50,587 nt of DNA from the NCBI GenBank assembly GCA_018664745.1, contig JABJNS010000065.1, positions 1 through 50,587 on the forward strand, given 5' to 3'. Positions within the stretch are counted from its first letter, which is position 1. Every line of letters begins with the position of its first letter. Below, piece by piece: positions 19,643 to 29,703 of the stretch. Below the pieces are notes generated by a model. The model had not been told where the DNA came from. It was given only the letters and a program-made list of their open reading frames with translations, and did not search any database. The stretch comes from Flavobacteriales bacterium. GTDB lineage: Bacteria; Bacteroidota; Bacteroidia; Flavobacteriales; BACL11. The position numbers and the translations under genes were made by a program.

Positions 19643-21003
19643 TATGAAATTGGGATTAAAATTTTAGTTCCTGGCTTAAGATTATCAGTCTCTAAGTTAT
19701 TTAATGCTTTTATTTTCCAAACACTTAATCCCTCATGTTTTTGAGCAATTTCCCAAAGCGTATCTCCTTTTTGAACAATGTATTCATTTTTACTGGCAGT
19801 TACTTTTTTAGTTGATTTATCTTCTCCTTTCTTTACATAAATCACCAATTTATCACCTATATCTAATTTAGAAGATTTTAGATTATTCCACTCTTTAATC
19901 TCAAATACATGCACTTTATGTTCTTTTGCAATTCTCCCCAAATAATCTCCTTTATGCACCCTATAAATTATGCGCTCTTCACCAATCAAAATTTCTTTTT
20001 TATCTACTGACTCAACAAAAGCATAATTACTAGCTTCATTAAGCTTAAAATCATTTACTGTATTAGCAGGAAATACCAAAACTGCTCCTTGAGGATAAAC
20101 CTCTTTTTTATAGGAAGGGTTTAAATAATTTATCGTCTCTGAATTAACACATAGTAATTCACTTAACACTTTTAAATCCACTTGTTTTTTAAGAGTAATT
20201 GTGTCTGTTTGGCCTAAATTAATTTTTGGTTCTTGAGTATAAATTCCGTGTTCATTAGCATAATTCATAGCATAATTTACTGCAATAAATGTTGGGACAT
20301 AATTTCTTGTTTCTTTCCTTAAATGAGGATGTAATTCCCAAAAATTAGAAGTACCAACACTAGCTATTTTTCTTTGCAAATATCCAGGACCACCATTATA
20401 AGCTGCCAATACTAAATTCCAATCTCCAAAAGTATCATATAGCTTTACAAAATATTCACAAGCAGCTATAGTTGCCTTTAAAGGGTCTTGTCTTTCATCC
20501 ATATAGGAAGTAACCTCTAATCCATATTGTTTTCCTGTGAGGTACATAAATTGCCATAAACCACTTGCTCCAGATCTAGAACGAGCCTTAGGATTAAGGG
20601 CTGATTCCACAATAGATAAATACTTAAATTCTAAGGGTAAATTATATTTATCCAAGTGCTGCTCAAATAAAGGGAAGTAATAAGGGGCTAATCCTTGCAT
20701 TCTTGAAATAAGTGCTTTATTTCTTCCTAAATAACTATCAATAAAGGGTTGTACTTTATCATTATACACCAAATCCATTGGTGTATTTTTATCCAATTGT
20801 TGCAATCTCCATGCAACTATATTCTCTTCTTTCAGCAGTGATAATTCCTCTTTATCAGCTGAAACTTCATTTTCAATAAAAGCTTCATCAAAAATACTAT
20901 CAGTAGTAACAACAGTATTTATAGGTTGGGAAGTGATAAAGCTATCCCCATTAGCAAAGATCAAAAAAGGGCTAAGTACAATTAAAAAAATTATTTTTCT
21001 CAT
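19642..21003 (-). CDS. mltD: Lytic murein transglycosylase with two LysM domains (MltD-like)
   Basis: IVESAL.P.A.S..GA.GLWQFM, LAAYNGGPG, ETRNYVP, two V.KGD.L..IA LysM repeats. Confidence 0.9.
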   Translation of the reverse strand: MRKIIFLIVLSPFLIFANGDSFITSQPINTVVTTDSIFDEAFIENEVSADKEELSLLKEENIVAWRLQQLDKNTPMDLVYNDKVQPFIDSYLGRNKALISRMQGLAPYYFPLFEQHLDKYNLPLEFKYLSIVESALNPKARSRSGASGLWQFMYLTGKQYGLEVTSYMDERQDPLKATIAACEYFVKLYDTFGDWNLVLAAYNGGPGYLQRKIASVGTSNFWELHPHLRKETRNYVPTFIAVNYAMNYANEHGIYTQEPKINLGQTDTITLKKQVDLKVLSELLCVNSETINYLNPSYKKEVYPQGAVLVFPANTVNDFKLNEASNYAFVESVDKKEILIGEERIIYRVHKGDYLGRIAKEHKVHVFEIKEWNNLKSSKLDIGDKLVIYVKKGEDKSTKKVTASKNEYIVQKGDTLWEIAQKHEGLSVWKIKALNNLETDNLKPGTKILIPIS

Positions 21004-21084
21004 AACTACAAAGTTGAGAATAATATAAAACAATATACCTAGTCCACAAATACAATTATCAACTCATAAATGTTTATATAATTA

Positions 21085-21122
21085 TAGTAGAAAACATTTT
21101 TTCCCATTTTTCGTTTCCACTA
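21085..21122. promoter_or_regulatory. Candidate TetR operator: inverted repeat TAGTAGAAA-N20-TTTCCACTA
   Basis: Arms 8/9 complementary, just upstream of the tetR -7 box. Confidence 0.4.
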
Positions 21123-21134
21123 AATATTAAAAAG

Positions 21135-21142
21135 TATCTTTG
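21135..21142 (+). promoter_or_regulatory. -7 promoter box (TATCTTTG) for the efflux operon
   Basis: Exact match 10 nt before ATG 21153. Confidence 0.72.
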
Positions 21143-21152
21143 CCACCACATT

Positions 21153-21755
21153 ATGAGCAAACAAGAACAAATAATACAAGGAGCTTTAAGTCTTTTTATG
21201 CGAATGGGGGTAAAAGGAATAAATATGGATTATGTTGCTACTCATCTTGGAATTTCAAAAAAAACACTCTACCAGCATGTTGATAATAAAGCCGATTTGG
21301 TAGAACAAAGCTTTGCTTCTCATCAATGTAAAGTTAAAAGCATGATAGAGTCTATATGTGCTATACATGAAAATGCTATTGATGAGTTGTTTGAAATTGA
21401 CTCTGGAATTTGTAGGATGTTAAAAGACAGGAATCCTTACTTAATACAAAACTTAAAAACATATTACCCAAAAGTATGGAATCTTTTAGATGATTTAAAG
21501 AAAAAATACCTTTTTAAAACTGTAAAAAATAACTTAGATACTGGGATTAAACAAGGCTTATATCGTAAAGAAATTAATACTGATATTATTACAAAATTAA
21601 TGATGACCAGAATTGATGCTCTAGTTGATAATGATATTTTTCCATTAACTGAATATGATTTTAAAGAACTTCTTAAAGAAAATCGTATTTATCATATTAG
21701 AGGGATTGCCTCAGAAAAAGGAATAAACTACCTAGAAAAAAAATTAAAAAAATGA
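21153..21755 (+). CDS. TetR/AcrR family transcriptional regulator
   Basis: HTH LF...G......VA..LGISKKTLYQH..NK..L; G...GLYR.EIN. Confidence 0.93.
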   Translation: MSKQEQIIQGALSLFMRMGVKGINMDYVATHLGISKKTLYQHVDNKADLVEQSFASHQCKVKSMIESICAIHENAIDELFEIDSGICRMLKDRNPYLIQNLKTYYPKVWNLLDDLKKKYLFKTVKNNLDTGIKQGLYRKEINTDIITKLMMTRIDALVDNDIFPLTEYDFKELLKENRIYHIRGIASEKGINYLEKKLKK

Positions 21756-23074
21756 ATAAAGTAATTTTAGTTGTATTAGTATTTTTAGGAACTACTGCAA
21801 TTGCACAGCACCAATACTCTGTTAGTGAAGCACAAGAATATGGTAGTAAAAATAATACAGAAATAAGAAATGCTCTACTTGATGTGAAATATGCAAAAAA
21901 GCAAATAAAAGAAACTCGAGCAATAGGGCTTCCTCATTTAAATGCTGAATTGCAATGGCAAAAATTTATTGATATTCCAACTTCAATAGTCCCTGCTAAT
22001 GCTTTTAATCCAAATGCCCCAGCAAATGAAATTATGGAAATGAAAATGGGAATGGAGCAAAATGTAACTGCTGCAATTACAGCTTCACAACTTATATTTG
22101 ACGGAAGTTATATTATTGGTCTTAAAGCCGCAACAACATTTAAAAAAATGGCAGAGCACAAAATGAATTTAACTAATCAACAAATAAAGGATAGTATTGC
22201 TATTGCTTACTATAATGTGCTCATCATTAATGAAAATAAAAAATTCTTAAAAAGCATAGTAGAGGTGCACCAACAAATACTAAAAGAATTACAGGCTACA
22301 CACAAACAGGGGTTTATTGAGGATATAGAAGTGGACAGAATGGCAATTATTGTTTCTACTATGAAAATACAAGCTGAGGAGGTGAAAAGGTTTTCCGAAA
22401 TTAGTTATATGATGTTAAAAATGATGTTAAGCATTCCGTTTGATGAGGAGTTAATACTTACTGATAGTTTAGATAATTTGTTAGCAAAAGGAACAGATTT
22501 GCAACTTCAAGAAGCTACAATAGAAAATAGATTTGAATATAAAATGAGTGAAGCACAAACTACACTTATGAAACTAGATTTAATTCGATATAAAACTGCT
22601 TGGATACCAAGTATAGCAGCATTTGGAGCCTATAGCGAAAACGCTATGAGAAATGAATTTAATTTTACAAATGATGGTAGCTGGTACCCTACAAAAATGA
22701 TAGGAATAAAAGCTAGTATGCCTATATTCAATGGATTTTCAGGAAGTGCTTTAACTCAAAAAGCAAAAATAAAACACCTACAGTCTTTAAATGACTTGGA
22801 GCATACTAGACAAGCACTTGTTCTAGACTACAAATCTTCTGAAAGTGCCTACTTAACAGCTCTAAGCAGCAAAAAAAATCAAGAAAATAATCTAAGGCTT
22901 TATAAAAAAATATACCTAAAAACTTTAGCTAAATATAAAGAGGGATTGGTAGGAAGCTCAGAAGTAGCAACAGGAGGTGCTGACTACCTACAAGCACAAA
23001 CAGATTATTCAAAATCAATTCAGCAATTACTTATTACTAAAATGAAATATAACCGAACTTTAGGATTAAATTAA
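21752..23074 (+). CDS. TolC-family outer-membrane efflux protein
   Basis: Signal peptide, ASQLIFDG, AYYNVL, MPIFNGF, Y.EGL motifs; operon context. Confidence 0.9.
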   Translation: MNKVILVVLVFLGTTAIAQHQYSVSEAQEYGSKNNTEIRNALLDVKYAKKQIKETRAIGLPHLNAELQWQKFIDIPTSIVPANAFNPNAPANEIMEMKMGMEQNVTAAITASQLIFDGSYIIGLKAATTFKKMAEHKMNLTNQQIKDSIAIAYYNVLIINENKKFLKSIVEVHQQILKELQATHKQGFIEDIEVDRMAIIVSTMKIQAEEVKRFSEISYMMLKMMLSIPFDEELILTDSLDNLLAKGTDLQLQEATIENRFEYKMSEAQTTLMKLDLIRYKTAWIPSIAAFGAYSENAMRNEFNFTNDGSWYPTKMIGIKASMPIFNGFSGSALTQKAKIKHLQSLNDLEHTRQALVLDYKSSESAYLTALSSKKNQENNLRLYKKIYLKTLAKYKEGLVGSSEVATGGADYLQAQTDYSKSIQQLLITKMKYNRTLGLN

Positions 23075-23111
23075 AATGAACTCAAAATCATATACCATTA
23101 AACTAACTACT

Positions 23112-24227
23112 ATGAATAAAATAATTCCAATACTATCATTAGCTATTTTTCTTTTCTCATGTAGTGAACAAAAATTAACATTATCTGATAAAAAAGATAG
23201 CCTTAAAGTACTTAAAGAACAATTAAGTGAAACTAAAACGCAAATAAGCATCCTTGAGAAAGAAATTGCAACTTTAGATACTACAATGATAAATGGGGCT
23301 ATTGTAAAAACAACAGCCATAACTGCCAGTACTTTCAAGCATTATATTGAACAATTAGGAACTGTAAGTTCTAAGCAAAATGTAACTGTAAGCCCTACTT
23401 TAGGAGGTGTAGTTCAAAAAATAATTGTTGATGAAGGAGAGTGGGTGAACAAGGGAGAAGATATTATAGAGCTTGATGCAGAAATAATCTTAAAGCAAGT
23501 TGAAGAGATGGAAGCATCATTTAAATTAGCAGAAACTACTTACAAAAGACAAAAAAAACTTTGGGAGCAGAAAATTGGATCAGAAATGCAATTTCTTCAA
23601 ATAAAAAACCAATATGAATCACTACAAAAAAAATTAGAATCAGCTAAGGCACAGCTGGGAAACATGAAGATATCTGCTCCTATAAGTGGGAATGTTGATG
23701 TTATAAACCTAAATGTTGGTGAATTTGCAGCACCAGGAATACCTATCCTACAAATTGTTAATGCAAAGGAGGTGCAAATTCAAGCTGATGTTCCTGAAAA
23801 ATATGCAAATATCTTGCATAAAGGTGGATATGTTTCAATTAACTTTAGCACAATAGGAATAGAGAAAGAAGCTAAAATTACTTTTGTTAGTCAGATAATT
23901 AATCCTCAAAATAGAACTTTTAAAATCAAAATAGACCTTGACAATAAAAATGGAGAGATAAAACCAAATGCAATTGCTTCTTTACAAATACAAGATAAAT
24001 ATATAAAAGATGCTATAGTTATTCCAACAGAAGTTATCAAGAAAGACATGAGAGGAGATTTTATATTTATTGCTGAAAAAAATCATGCAAAAAAGGTTTA
24101 TATCACTTTAGGAAAATCTTATAAAGATAAAACTCATATTACTTCAGGGTTAAATATTAATGATTTACTGATTACAACAGGATACACAAAAATAGGTAAT
24201 GAGAGTCCTATTAAAATAATACAATAA
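23112..24227 (+). CDS. RND efflux periplasmic adaptor (MFP), lipoprotein
   Basis: Lipobox LFSC, V.EG..V.KG, ISAPISG, INPQNRTF; the second ATG gives a normal signal peptide. Confidence 0.92.
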   Translation: MNKIIPILSLAIFLFSCSEQKLTLSDKKDSLKVLKEQLSETKTQISILEKEIATLDTTMINGAIVKTTAITASTFKHYIEQLGTVSSKQNVTVSPTLGGVVQKIIVDEGEWVNKGEDIIELDAEIILKQVEEMEASFKLAETTYKRQKKLWEQKIGSEMQFLQIKNQYESLQKKLESAKAQLGNMKISAPISGNVDVINLNVGEFAAPGIPILQIVNAKEVQIQADVPEKYANILHKGGYVSINFSTIGIEKEAKITFVSQIINPQNRTFKIKIDLDNKNGEIKPNAIASLQIQDKYIKDAIVIPTEVIKKDMRGDFIFIAEKNHAKKVYITLGKSYKDKTHITSGLNINDLLITTGYTKIGNESPIKIIQ

Positions 24228-24232
24228 GCAAT

Positions 24233-27200
24233 ATGAGTAATAATATCAGAAATTTTAAACTTACTAACCTATCGCTTAAGAATAAAACAACTATATTTAT
24301 TTTAACAATCCTGTTGGCCTACTTTGGAATGTTTACTTATAAAACCATGCCAAAGGCACTTTTCCCAGATATAGTTATGCCAACTATAATGGTACAAACA
24401 ATATATCCTGGAAATTCACCGGCAGATATTGAGAACTTAATTACCCGTCCTATAGAAAAAGAAATTAAGTCTATAAAAGGAATTAAGAATCTAAAATCAA
24501 CTTCTATACAAGATAACTCATCTATTATTGTTGAATTTAATACTGATGTTGAAGTAAAAAGTGCGCTACAAGATGTAAAAGATGCAGTAGATAAATCAAA
24601 AGGAAACTTACCTTCTGATTTAGATATTGATCCTATTGTAATGGATATTGATTTTTCTGAATTCCCAATTTTAAATATTAATTTATCAGGAGACTTTAGC
24701 CTTGATGAACTTAAGAAACATGCAGAGTATTTACAAGATAAAATTGAGGCTGTAAGCGAAATTTCAAAAGTAGAAATTACAGGGCTACTTGATAAGGAAA
24801 TTACTATTAAGGCTGACCTTCATAGTATGGAAAGTAAAGAAATTAGCTTTACAGATATTGAAAATGCAATAGGGTTTGAAAATGTTTCTATTGCAGGAGG
24901 CAATCTTCTTATCGGCAACATGAAGCGTATGGTAAGAACTGATGCTGAATTTAAGAATGTTAAAGAGATTGGTAATATTATTGTAAAGCATGAGAAAGGA
25001 AATATTGTTTACTTAAAAGATATTGCTGAGGTAGTTAATGGCTATGAAGAAAGAGAATCATATGCTAGGCTAGATAAAGAGCCTGTGGTTTCTTTAAATA
25101 TTGTAAAAAAAGGAGGGGAAAATCTATTAGAAGCTACTGATAAAATATTTGCATTGTTAGATCAAGCAAAAGCATCAAAAGCACTACCTAAAGACTTATC
25201 TATTTCCATTACCAATGATCAATCAGAACAAACTAGGAAGCAGTTAAGCAATCTTGAAAACAGTATTATATTTGGTGTAATATTAGTTATCCTAGTGTTG
25301 TTATTTTTCTTAGGATTAAGAAATTCATTATTTGTTGGTTTAGCTATACCAATGTCAATGTTTATTAGTTTTGTAGTCTTAGGAGGAATGGGTACAACTA
25401 TGAATATGGTAGTGCTATTTGCACTTATTTTAGCTTTAGGAATGCTTGTAGATAATGCTATTGTTGTAATTGAAAATATTCACCGATTATTTCATGAAGA
25501 AGGTTTAAGTAAACTAGAAGCTGCAAAACAAGGTGTAGGTGAAATTGCAATTCCAATTATCTCATCAACAGCAACAACATTAGCGGCATTTTTCCCATTA
25601 CTTTTTTGGAAAGATATGATGGGAGAATTTATGGGCTATATTCCTATGACTTTAATTATTGTTTTAGGATCATCATTATTTATTGCTCTTGTAATAAACC
25701 CTGTTTTTGCTGCATCATTTATGAAGAAAGATGAGAAAGAAGAGGTGAATAAAAAGAAGTTGAAAAAAACTGTGTATTACTTATTGGCTGCTGGATTAGT
25801 ATTGCATTTAATTTCTTACAAGGTGCTAGGATCATTAGCATTTGTTTTTGCTTTTCTACATACAATAAATACACTTTATCTTACTCCAATTTCATATTGG
25901 TTCCAAGACATATACTTAGTGCGTTTAGAGAAAAAATATGAAAAACTACTAAACTGGGCATTGCATGGGAAAAATCCAATAAAACTATTATTCGGTACGG
26001 GAGGATTACTTATTTTTAGTATTGTATTTTTTGCAATGATGTCTCCTAATGTTGAGTTTTTCCCTGTAAATGAACCTAAATACATTAACGTTTTTGTTGA
26101 AATGCCAAATGGAACTGATGTTGCTGTTACTGATTCAGTAGCACAGACTGTAGAACAAAAAGTAATAGCTACTTTAGAACCCTACAAACATGCTGTTTCA
26201 TCAGTGCTTACTAATGTAGGGGCAGGAACCTCTGATCCTAATGATATGAGTGGTGGTGGTAGTGGAATTACACCTAATAAAGCAAGAATCACCATAAACT
26301 TTGAAGAGTTTGAAAATAGAGGAGGGGTTAGCACAGGTGAGGTGATGAAGTTGGTAACTGCTGACTTGAAAGGAATTGCTGGAGTAGATATATCTGTAGA
26401 TAAAAATAGAGAAGGACCTCCTATGGGTAAACCAATTAATATTGAAGTTATTGGTGAAGATTTAAATACATTATTAACTCTTGGAGATGCTATCCAAAAT
26501 CAAATTAATAATGAAAATATTGCTGGAATAGAAGGATTAAAAGTAGATTTAGAAATGAATAATCCTGAGCTATTGATAAACATTGATAGAGATATGGCAA
26601 GGCGATTAGGTATTTCTACTTCACAAATTGCAAGTACTATCAGAACTTCATTATTTGGTAAAGAGATTTCTAAGTTTAAAGATGGAGAGGATGAGCACCC
26701 AATTATTTTAAGGCTAGATGATAAGTACAGATATAGTGTGCCATCATTAATGAGCCAAAAAATTACTTTCCGTTCACAATCAAGTGGGCAGGTAAAACAA
26801 ATTCCAATCTCATCTGTAGCAGATTACACCTATAACAATACATATGGGTCTGTAAAAAGAAAAGATTTAAAAAGACAACTTACTATCTATTCTAATGTTT
26901 TAGAGGGGTATAATGAGTCTTCAATAAATGCTCAGATTAAAGTATTACTTTCTGACTTTCCTATACCTGAAAACTATGATTTAAAGTTTACAGGAAAACA
27001 AGAAGAGCAAGCCGAAACACAAGAATTTTTATCTAATGCCTTATTAATTGCAATAGCATTAATCTCTCTTATCTTAGTATCACAATTTAACTCTGCTATT
27101 AAACCATTCATTATTATTATTACGGTAGTATTTAGTACTATTGGGGTTTTCTTAGGGCTTGCTATATTTAATATGGACTTTGTAATTATTATGACAGGTA

Positions 27201-27625
27201 TTGGTATTGTATCACTTGCTGGTATAGTTGTAAATAATGCAATTGTACTTATTGATTATATTGATTTAATAAAAGAACGAAAAAGAGAAATTCTTAAACT
27301 TGAAATTGATTCTGTATTAGAAAATAAAGTTGCAATTGATTGTATAAAAGAAGGAGGAAAAAAACGTTTGCGACCAGTATTACTTACGGCAATAACTACT
27401 GTTTTAGGTCTATTACCTTTAGCTACTGGTATGAATATTAATTTCTATACTCTTTTAACAGAATTTAATCCTCAAATTTATTTTGGGGGCGATAATGCTA
27501 CATTCTGGGGGCCTATGGCTTGGACTGTAATCTTTGGTCTTACTTTTGCTACTTTCTTAACACTAGTATTAGTTCCTGTAATGTACCTTTTAGCTGACAA
27601 ACTGAAAAAGAAGATATTGACATAA
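24233..27625 (+). CDS. RND efflux permease (AcrB/AcrD/AcrF family)
   Basis: YPG.SP..IE..IT.PIE, GMLVDNAIVV.EN, GIVVNNAIVL.D, RLRPVLLT, two TM clusters. Confidence 0.94.
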   Translation: MSNNIRNFKLTNLSLKNKTTIFILTILLAYFGMFTYKTMPKALFPDIVMPTIMVQTIYPGNSPADIENLITRPIEKEIKSIKGIKNLKSTSIQDNSSIIVEFNTDVEVKSALQDVKDAVDKSKGNLPSDLDIDPIVMDIDFSEFPILNINLSGDFSLDELKKHAEYLQDKIEAVSEISKVEITGLLDKEITIKADLHSMESKEISFTDIENAIGFENVSIAGGNLLIGNMKRMVRTDAEFKNVKEIGNIIVKHEKGNIVYLKDIAEVVNGYEERESYARLDKEPVVSLNIVKKGGENLLEATDKIFALLDQAKASKALPKDLSISITNDQSEQTRKQLSNLENSIIFGVILVILVLLFFLGLRNSLFVGLAIPMSMFISFVVLGGMGTTMNMVVLFALILALGMLVDNAIVVIENIHRLFHEEGLSKLEAAKQGVGEIAIPIISSTATTLAAFFPLLFWKDMMGEFMGYIPMTLIIVLGSSLFIALVINPVFAASFMKKDEKEEVNKKKLKKTVYYLLAAGLVLHLISYKVLGSLAFVFAFLHTINTLYLTPISYWFQDIYLVRLEKKYEKLLNWALHGKNPIKLLFGTGGLLIFSIVFFAMMSPNVEFFPVNEPKYINVFVEMPNGTDVAVTDSVAQTVEQKVIATLEPYKHAVSSVLTNVGAGTSDPNDMSGGGSGITPNKARITINFEEFENRGGVSTGEVMKLVTADLKGIAGVDISVDKNREGPPMGKPINIEVIGEDLNTLLTLGDAIQNQINNENIAGIEGLKVDLEMNNPELLINIDRDMARRLGISTSQIASTIRTSLFGKEISKFKDGEDEHPIILRLDDKYRYSVPSLMSQKITFRSQSSGQVKQIPISSVADYTYNNTYGSVKRKDLKRQLTIYSNVLEGYNESSINAQIKVLLSDFPIPENYDLKFTGKQEEQAETQEFLSNALLIAIALISLILVSQFNSAIKPFIIIITVVFSTIGVFLGLAIFNMDFVIIMTGIGIVSLAGIVVNNAIVLIDYIDLIKERKREILKLEIDSVLENKVAIDCIKEGGKKRLRPVLLTAITTVLGLLPLATGMNINFYTLLTEFNPQIYFGGDNATFWGPMAWTVIFGLTFATFLTLVLVPVMYLLADKLKKKILT

Positions 27626-27647
27626 AGTTGGTAATATATATTTACCG

Positions 27648-27655
27648 TATATTTG
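27648..27655 (+). promoter_or_regulatory. -7 promoter box (TATATTTG) for dxs
   Basis: Exact match 15 nt before ATG 27671. Confidence 0.7.
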
Positions 27656-27670
27656 CAGGCAATAAAGTAA

Positions 27671-29608
27671 ATGAGCAAAACCACTAAATATCCACAAGGT
27701 CCCTTACTAAGTAAGATTAATAGTCCTGATGATTTACGAAAACTGAATAAAAATCAGTTAGAACAAATCAGTACAGAACTAAGGCAATATATTGTTGATA
27801 TTGTATCAGAAAAAGGAGGACATTTTGGTGCTAGTTTAGGTGTTGTTGAGCTCACAGTTGCATTACATTATGTATTCAATACGCCAATTGATCAGTTAGT
27901 TTGGGATGTAGGACATCAAGCTTACGGACATAAGATATTGACGGGTCGAAAAGAACAATTTCCTACAAACAGGATATATAAAGGCTTAAGTGGATTCCCT
28001 AAAAGAAGCGAAAGTGTGTATGATACTTTTGGAGTAGGACATTCATCTACTTCAATTTCTGCAGCACTTGGTATGGCTATGGCTTCTAAAAGTAATGGCG
28101 ATAATAAAAAGCAACATATTGCTGTAATTGGTGATGGATCCATGACTGCAGGTATGGCTTTTGAAGCTTTAAACCATGCTGGAGCAGAAAATTCAAACTT
28201 ATTAGTTATTTTGAATGACAACTGCATGTCAATTGACCCAGCAGTTGGAGCTTTAAAAGAATATTTAACTGATATTTCTACTTCAAAAACTTATAATAAA
28301 GCCAAAAATAAAATTTGGAAAATACTTGGTAAAATATCTAAGTTTGGACCAAATGCACAGGCAGTTGCTAAAAAGGTTGAAGGAGCAGTTAAATCAACTT
28401 TACTAGGAGAAAGTAATTATTTTGAATCGTTAAACTTTAGATATTTTGGACCAATTGATGGGCATGAAACTAAGCATTTGGTGAATGTATTGAATGACTT
28501 AAAAGATATTCCAGGGCCTAAAATATTGCATTGCCTTACCTTAAAAGGAAAAGGCTACAGTCCTGCCGAACAAGGCGACACTACAAAATGGCATGCTCCT
28601 GGACTTTTCAATAAAGATACTGGAGATTTTATAGTTGGAAAAAAGAAAAAATCACCTCCAAAATATCAAGATGTATTTGGAGAGACAATTATAGAATTAG
28701 CAAAGAAAAATGAGCAAATTGTAGGGGTAACTCCTGCAATGCTTACAGGTTCTTCTTTAAATAAAATGATGGCAGAAATGCCTGAAAGAACTTATGATGT
28801 TGGAATTGCAGAACAACATGCAGTTACATTTTCAGCAGGACTTGCCACACAAGGAAAAGTTCCTTTCTGCAACATCTATTCCTCTTTTATGCAAAGAGCA
28901 TATGATCAAGTAATTCATGATGTTGCTCTGCAAAACTTAAATGTTGTTTTTTGCCTAGATAGAGGTGGTTTAGTTGGTGCTGATGGCGCTACACACCATG
29001 GTGCATATGACATTGCATTTTTTAGATGTATTCCAAACATGATTGTTTCTGCACCTATGAATGAACAGGAGTTAAGAAATTTAATGTACACTGCCCAATT
29101 ACCTAACCAAGGACCGTTCTCCATCCGATACCCAAGAGGAAAAGGAGTTATGATAGATTGGAAAACTCCATTACAAGAAATTGAAATAGGGAAAGGAAGA
29201 ATGATTAAAGAGGGAGGGGAGATTGCTATTTTATCTTTTGGACATCCTGGTAATTTTGTAGTAAAAGCACAAGAACAATTTGAAAAAGAAGGCTTAAATA
29301 TTGCGCATTATGACTTGCGATTTGCGAAACCTTTAGATGAAAAGCTTTTACATTCTATCTTCCAGAAGTTTAATAAGATTATTACAATTGAAGACGGATG
29401 TTTACAAGGTGGTTTTGGAAGTTCCATTTTAGAGTTTATGGCAAATAATGATTATCAAGCGAGTGTAAAAATGCTTGGCATTCCTGATGCATTTATTCAC
29501 CATGGCACACAAGAAGAGTTATATAATGATTGTAATTATGATACAGAAGCAATTATCAAATATGTACACCAAATCTTAGAAAAAAGTCTTGTTTCTCAAG
29601 TCGGATAG
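27671..29608 (+). CDS. dxs: 1-deoxy-D-xylulose-5-phosphate synthase
   Basis: GGHFGASLGVVELT, WDVGHQAY.HK, GDGSMTAG..FEALN, GIAEQHAV, DGATHHG, IRYPRG. Confidence 0.98.
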   Translation: MSKTTKYPQGPLLSKINSPDDLRKLNKNQLEQISTELRQYIVDIVSEKGGHFGASLGVVELTVALHYVFNTPIDQLVWDVGHQAYGHKILTGRKEQFPTNRIYKGLSGFPKRSESVYDTFGVGHSSTSISAALGMAMASKSNGDNKKQHIAVIGDGSMTAGMAFEALNHAGAENSNLLVILNDNCMSIDPAVGALKEYLTDISTSKTYNKAKNKIWKILGKISKFGPNAQAVAKKVEGAVKSTLLGESNYFESLNFRYFGPIDGHETKHLVNVLNDLKDIPGPKILHCLTLKGKGYSPAEQGDTTKWHAPGLFNKDTGDFIVGKKKKSPPKYQDVFGETIIELAKKNEQIVGVTPAMLTGSSLNKMMAEMPERTYDVGIAEQHAVTFSAGLATQGKVPFCNIYSSFMQRAYDQVIHDVALQNLNVVFCLDRGGLVGADGATHHGAYDIAFFRCIPNMIVSAPMNEQELRNLMYTAQLPNQGPFSIRYPRGKGVMIDWKTPLQEIEIGKGRMIKEGGEIAILSFGHPGNFVVKAQEQFEKEGLNIAHYDLRFAKPLDEKLLHSIFQKFNKIITIEDGCLQGGFGSSILEFMANNDYQASVKMLGIPDAFIHHGTQEELYNDCNYDTEAIIKYVHQILEKSLVSQVG

Positions 29609-29665
29609 AAAAAATAGGGCAAAATATTTTTTTTCTATTTGCAAAACCAACCATCAACTAATCCC

Positions 29666-29673
29666 TATCTTTG
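29666..29673 (+). promoter_or_regulatory. -7 promoter box (TATCTTTG) for asnS-rpoN
   Basis: Exact match that overlaps the ORF-track TTG; true start probably ATG 29704. Confidence 0.7.
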
Positions 29674-29703
29674 CCTCAATCGGTAAGAAAAACAAACGCA
29701 AGT

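Noticed and set aside
21040..21080. DnaA-box-like 9-mers (TAGTCCACA, TTATCAACT, TGTTTATAT) as oriC
   Set aside because: Each has two mismatches to consensus, which is expected in AT-rich DNA; divergent promoters explain the region.
29605..29638. Inverted repeat after dxs as a terminator
   Set aside because: Arms are almost all A/T and unequal (A6 versus T8); too weak to call.
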